A DNA stretch of 8,582 bases from a virus (lineage: Duplodnaviria > Heunggongvirae > Uroviricota > Caudoviricetes). The stretch lies in IMG/VR virus record IMGVR_UViG_2671180609_000027. The stretch is one strand, 5' to 3'. Shown one piece after another: positions 6,127 to 8,582 of the stretch; within the stretch, counting starts at the first letter, position 1; every line of letters starts with the position of its first letter. The notes beneath the pieces are model-generated. The model ran no database searches. It was not told the origin of the DNA and worked only from the letters and a program-made list of their open reading frames with translations. The position numbers and the translations under genes are program-made.

Positions 6127-6618
6127 CTACAGATTGCCGTTCAGTTTTCTGGCCAACTCTTCAATAGATGGAGGTGATACGTAATCCGGATTTTTATTCA
6201 TAAGAAACTGATTTTCACAGTACAGGCACCTGCTTTTATGAAAAAATTCATATTCTCTAACCGGGAATGGCTGAAGTATCGATACTATCTTTTGTCCAAA
6301 ACATTTTGGACAAAGATGCATGATTATGCTGCCGCCGTTCACGGTTACCTCCTTCGAGTACACAAAAGTTCCCGACTCAAGTTGGCTAAGGATATAACCT
6401 TCCGTCTGAGCCTCAAAGTTTTCAAATTCTGCAATTTTAGCTTTGAGAGAAGCATTTATTTCTTGATAAGTGCCCACCAGCTCAACGAGAGACACGCATT
6501 CGCGCTGAATAGATGCAAGCTTTGAGTTCAGTTCACCAATAGCCGCATTTACTTCAGCTTGAGTTTTTGCCTCGTTCATTAGTTTTGCAATCTGGGCGGT
6601 TTCACGAATAGCCGTCAT
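6127..6618 (-). CDS. Hypothetical protein (about 163 aa) with an N-terminal predicted coiled coil and a C-terminal CxxC-x21-CxxC zinc-ribbon-like motif; AT-rich accessory gene (moron) on the strand opposite to its neighbours
   Basis: ORF 6127-6795; upstream of ATG 6618 the translation is low-complexity, so ATG 6618 (or GTG 6642 with AAGAG upstream) is the likely start. Heptad-like N-terminus (IAKLMNEAKTQAEVNAAIGELNSKLASIQRE...), then HLCPKCFGQK...SRCLYCENQF. Visibly lower GC than flanks (by eye, not computed). No transmembrane segment. Confidence 0.6.
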   Translation of the reverse strand: MTAIRETAQIAKLMNEAKTQAEVNAAIGELNSKLASIQRECVSLVELVGTYQEINASLKAKIAEFENFEAQTEGYILSQLESGTFVYSKEVTVNGGSIIMHLCPKCFGQKIVSILQPFPVREYEFFHKSRCLYCENQFLMNKNPDYVSPPSIEELARKLNGNL

Positions 6619-6656
6619 TGCTGCCGTTAATTCAGCGATCACATTCAATACTCTTA

Positions 6657-6702
6657 TTGTTGTTGGGGATATCCAGATTAACAAGATCCTTGTTGTTGGG
6701 GA
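6657..6702. repeat. 13-bp direct repeat TTGTTGTTGGGGA x2 (6657-6669 and 6690-6702), 33 bp apart
   Basis: Exact match read from the sequence; lies between the start of the AT-rich gene and the truncated exonuclease frame. Confidence 0.6.
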
Positions 6703-6726
6703 ATAACGGGGACCACCTCGCCTGAC

Positions 6727-7164
6727 GTGGTAAAAAGCAGGCACACAACACGAAAGCACACGGCGAGGGACACCATTAAATGGTGGCTTAAGCAATCACG
6801 CGAAGCGCAATCTGCCATTATGACCGATGAAATCCCGTTAGATGATGCACTGTTACAATTGCGGGAATTTATCGACGAAAACTCCGGTGAATTTTTTGTT
6901 CAGGTCTGGGGAAATGGAGCCAACTTCGACAACACGATTTTGCGCCGTTCATACGAACGGCAGGGGATCCCCTGCCCGTGGCGTTACTACAACGATCGCG
7001 ATGTACGCACAATCGTTGAGCTGGGGAAAGCCATAGACTTCGATGCCAGAACGGCTATTCCATTCGAAGGTGAGCGCCATAATGCACTTGATGACGCCCG
7101 TTACCAGGCAAAATACGTTTCAGTTATCTGGCAAAAACTGATCCCGAGTCAGGCTGATTTTTAA
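6727..7164 (+). pseudogene. 5'-truncated DEDDh-type (DnaQ-like) 3'-5' exonuclease remnant; conserved part starts near 6820
   Basis: Contains Exo II-like VWGNGANFDNTIL and Exo III-like ERHNALDDARYQAKY (H-x4-D) motifs but no Exo I (D-x-E) motif. The frame opens only at 6682 after a TAA at 6679-6681 and has no ATG before 6820 (track start is GTG 6727); the expected ~60 N-terminal residues are absent. Confidence 0.6.
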
Positions 7165-7225
7165 TGTTCAACCGTCGCCAGTTGTCGTTGATATTCTGCA
7201 ACTGGCGCGTTCCGGAGTGATAGCC

Positions 7226-7495
7226 ATGAGCGAACAGTACCTGATAACGCTCGACGAGTGGAAACCAAAACGGTTCAGTCTCCCAATAACAAACACTACC
7301 CTGGTGAAATACGGAAAACTAGGATACATCGTTCCAAGACCACAAAAAATTCGTGGGCGTTGGCTGATAGATCGCCGAGCAGTATTTGTTGGGCCTGGTG
7401 AAACGGGAATTGCGCCGGAAATTCATACTGGCGATGATGATGCACTGAAGGAGATTTTAACTCATGTCACCGAGGCCACGAAAAAACAGCACTGA
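7226..7495 (+). CDS. xis: Excisionase (lambda Xis-like), 89 aa
   Basis: N-terminus YLITLDEWKPKR resembles lambda Xis YLTLQEWNARQR. Immediately upstream of int and overlapping it by 32 nt, as xis and int overlap in lambda. SD GGAG (7213-7216) 9 nt before ATG 7226; the track ORF begins at GTG 7217. Confidence 0.7.
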   Translation: MSEQYLITLDEWKPKRFSLPITNTTLVKYGKLGYIVPRPQKIRGRWLIDRRAVFVGPGETGIAPEIHTGDDDALKEILTHVTEATKKQH

Positions 7496-8582
7496 CGTAG
7501 CCGGTCTTTACGAAAAGTTTGATCGCAGAACTGGCAGAGTTTACTACCAGTATAAAAATCCTGTGACTGGAAAATTTCACGGACTCGGAACAGACAAAGG
7601 TAAGGCAGAAAAAATCGCTTCCACAGCCAATCAGCGAATAGCTGCAGCAGAAGCTGAATATTTCATGCGCAAAATTGATGAAAGTCCGTCAGCAACAAAA
7701 CGTCGGGGTATCAGATTAAAGGCATGGGTTGATCGATATCTGAAAATACAGGACACGCGACTGAAAAATGGAGATATTGCAGCTACAACTCACAAAGAAA
7801 AAACTCGAATGGCTGCATACCTGGTTTCCCGTCTGGGAAACCACCCATTGAAAGAACTGGAAGTAAGAGACTTTGCATTAATACTGGATGAGTGGCTGGA
7901 TAAAGACATGGTCAGTACAGCGAGAGTAAATCGTGGATTATGGGTTGATATTTATAAAGAAGCACAGCATGCAGGGGAAGTTCCTCCTGGATGGAATCCT
8001 CCGGAGGCTACCCGTAAACCGATCCCTAAAGTAACCAGAGCCAGGCTCACCATGGAAGACTGGCAAAAAATTTACAATGCAACGCCTGAAAAACACTTTA
8101 TCCGTAACGCAATGCTTCTTGCGATTGTTACTGGTCAGCGCCGTGATGACATTTGCCACATGCGTTTTTCAGATGTGTGGAACGAACACTTGCATATCAC
8201 CCAGGGAAAAACCGGAATGCGTCTGGCGTTACCGCTTACACTACGCTGTGATGCCATTGGGATAACGTTAAAAGAAGTTATTGATGGGTGCCGAGACAGA
8301 ATATTAAGTCCATATCTAATCCATAGTCGGCACCAGAAACAACCGAAGCCGATGAGTAAAGACAACCTGAGCGACTACTTTGCCAAAGCACGGGATCTGG
8401 CTGGGGTAATTCCACCAGCAGGAAAAACTCCGCCAACATTTCATGAACAACGCTCTCTATCAGAACGGCTGTACCGTGCACAGGGTATCGATACAAAAAC
8501 ATTACTAGGACATAAAGTCCAGGCAACCACCGATCGCTATAACGATACTCGAGGTCAGGAATGGGTTAAGTTGGTTATTTGA
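7464..8582 (+). CDS. int: Lambda-family tyrosine integrase (site-specific recombinase), 372 aa
   Basis: C-terminus FHEQRSLSERLY...LLGHKVQATTDRYNDTRGQEWVKLVI parallels the lambda Int C-terminus as I recall it (FHELRSLSARLY...LLGHKSDTMASQYRDDRGREWDKIEIK), including the H-x-x-R box, LLGH and the catalytic Tyr. Complete ORF ending with TGA at the window edge. Confidence 0.9.
   Translation: MSPRPRKNSTDVAGLYEKFDRRTGRVYYQYKNPVTGKFHGLGTDKGKAEKIASTANQRIAAAEAEYFMRKIDESPSATKRRGIRLKAWVDRYLKIQDTRLKNGDIAATTHKEKTRMAAYLVSRLGNHPLKELEVRDFALILDEWLDKDMVSTARVNRGLWVDIYKEAQHAGEVPPGWNPPEATRKPIPKVTRARLTMEDWQKIYNATPEKHFIRNAMLLAIVTGQRRDDICHMRFSDVWNEHLHITQGKTGMRLALPLTLRCDAIGITLKEVIDGCRDRILSPYLIHSRHQKQPKPMSKDNLSDYFAKARDLAGVIPPAGKTPPTFHEQRSLSERLYRAQGIDTKTLLGHKVQATTDRYNDTRGQEWVKLVI

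Noticed and set aside
6238-6525. 95-aa plus-strand ORF
   Set aside because: Antisense to the AT-rich 6127-6618 gene; AT-rich sequence yields long accidental frames.
6619-6795. N-terminal 59 codons of the 222-aa minus-strand ORF
   Set aside because: Translation is low-complexity (Pro/Arg/Ser-rich), overlaps the exonuclease frame and the direct repeats; the internal ATG at 6618 is the likely true start.
6842-7036. 64-aa plus-strand ORF inside the exonuclease remnant
   Set aside because: Alternative frame of a region whose primary frame carries recognisable exonuclease motifs.
7938-8526. Short ORFs overlapping int on both strands (7938-8159, 8077-8265, 8135-8365, 8278-8526)
   Set aside because: All lie within the integrase gene in other frames or antisense; the integrase frame has strong family-level support.

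Overview
This window reads as one arm of a lambdoid, Rac-like prophage (enterobacterial, probably Escherichia/Shigella), shown in reverse orientation relative to the usual Rac map. From right to left: a lambda-family tyrosine integrase ending at the window edge (7464-8582, +), an overlapping excisionase (7226-7495, +), a 5'-truncated DEDDh 3'-5' exonuclease remnant (6727-7164, +), an AT-rich opposite-strand gene for a coiled-coil/zinc-ribbon protein (6127-6618, -), a small YdaF-like gene (5860-6012, +), and the immunity region: RacR-like repressor (5068-5544, +) transcribed divergently from ydaS-ydaT (4211-4943, -). RacR is flanked on both sides by TAGGC-N3-GCCTA palindromic operator boxes with sigma70-like promoters. 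Leftward follows a YdaU/DUF1376-like replication gene carrying two clusters of phased CGTGAC iterons (candidate origin), broken by a 98-nt run of N (3363-3460), and then a tightly packed minus-strand operon of small genes with overlapping stops and starts, ending in a partial CDS at the left edge. The most likely novel element is the AT-rich opposite-strand gene at 6127-6618, which sits where Rac normally carries its recombination/kil/sieB genes; its function cannot be assigned from sequence. No tRNA, rRNA, CRISPR array or transposase was seen. All calls rest on reading the sequence and recalled family features; no database search was run.
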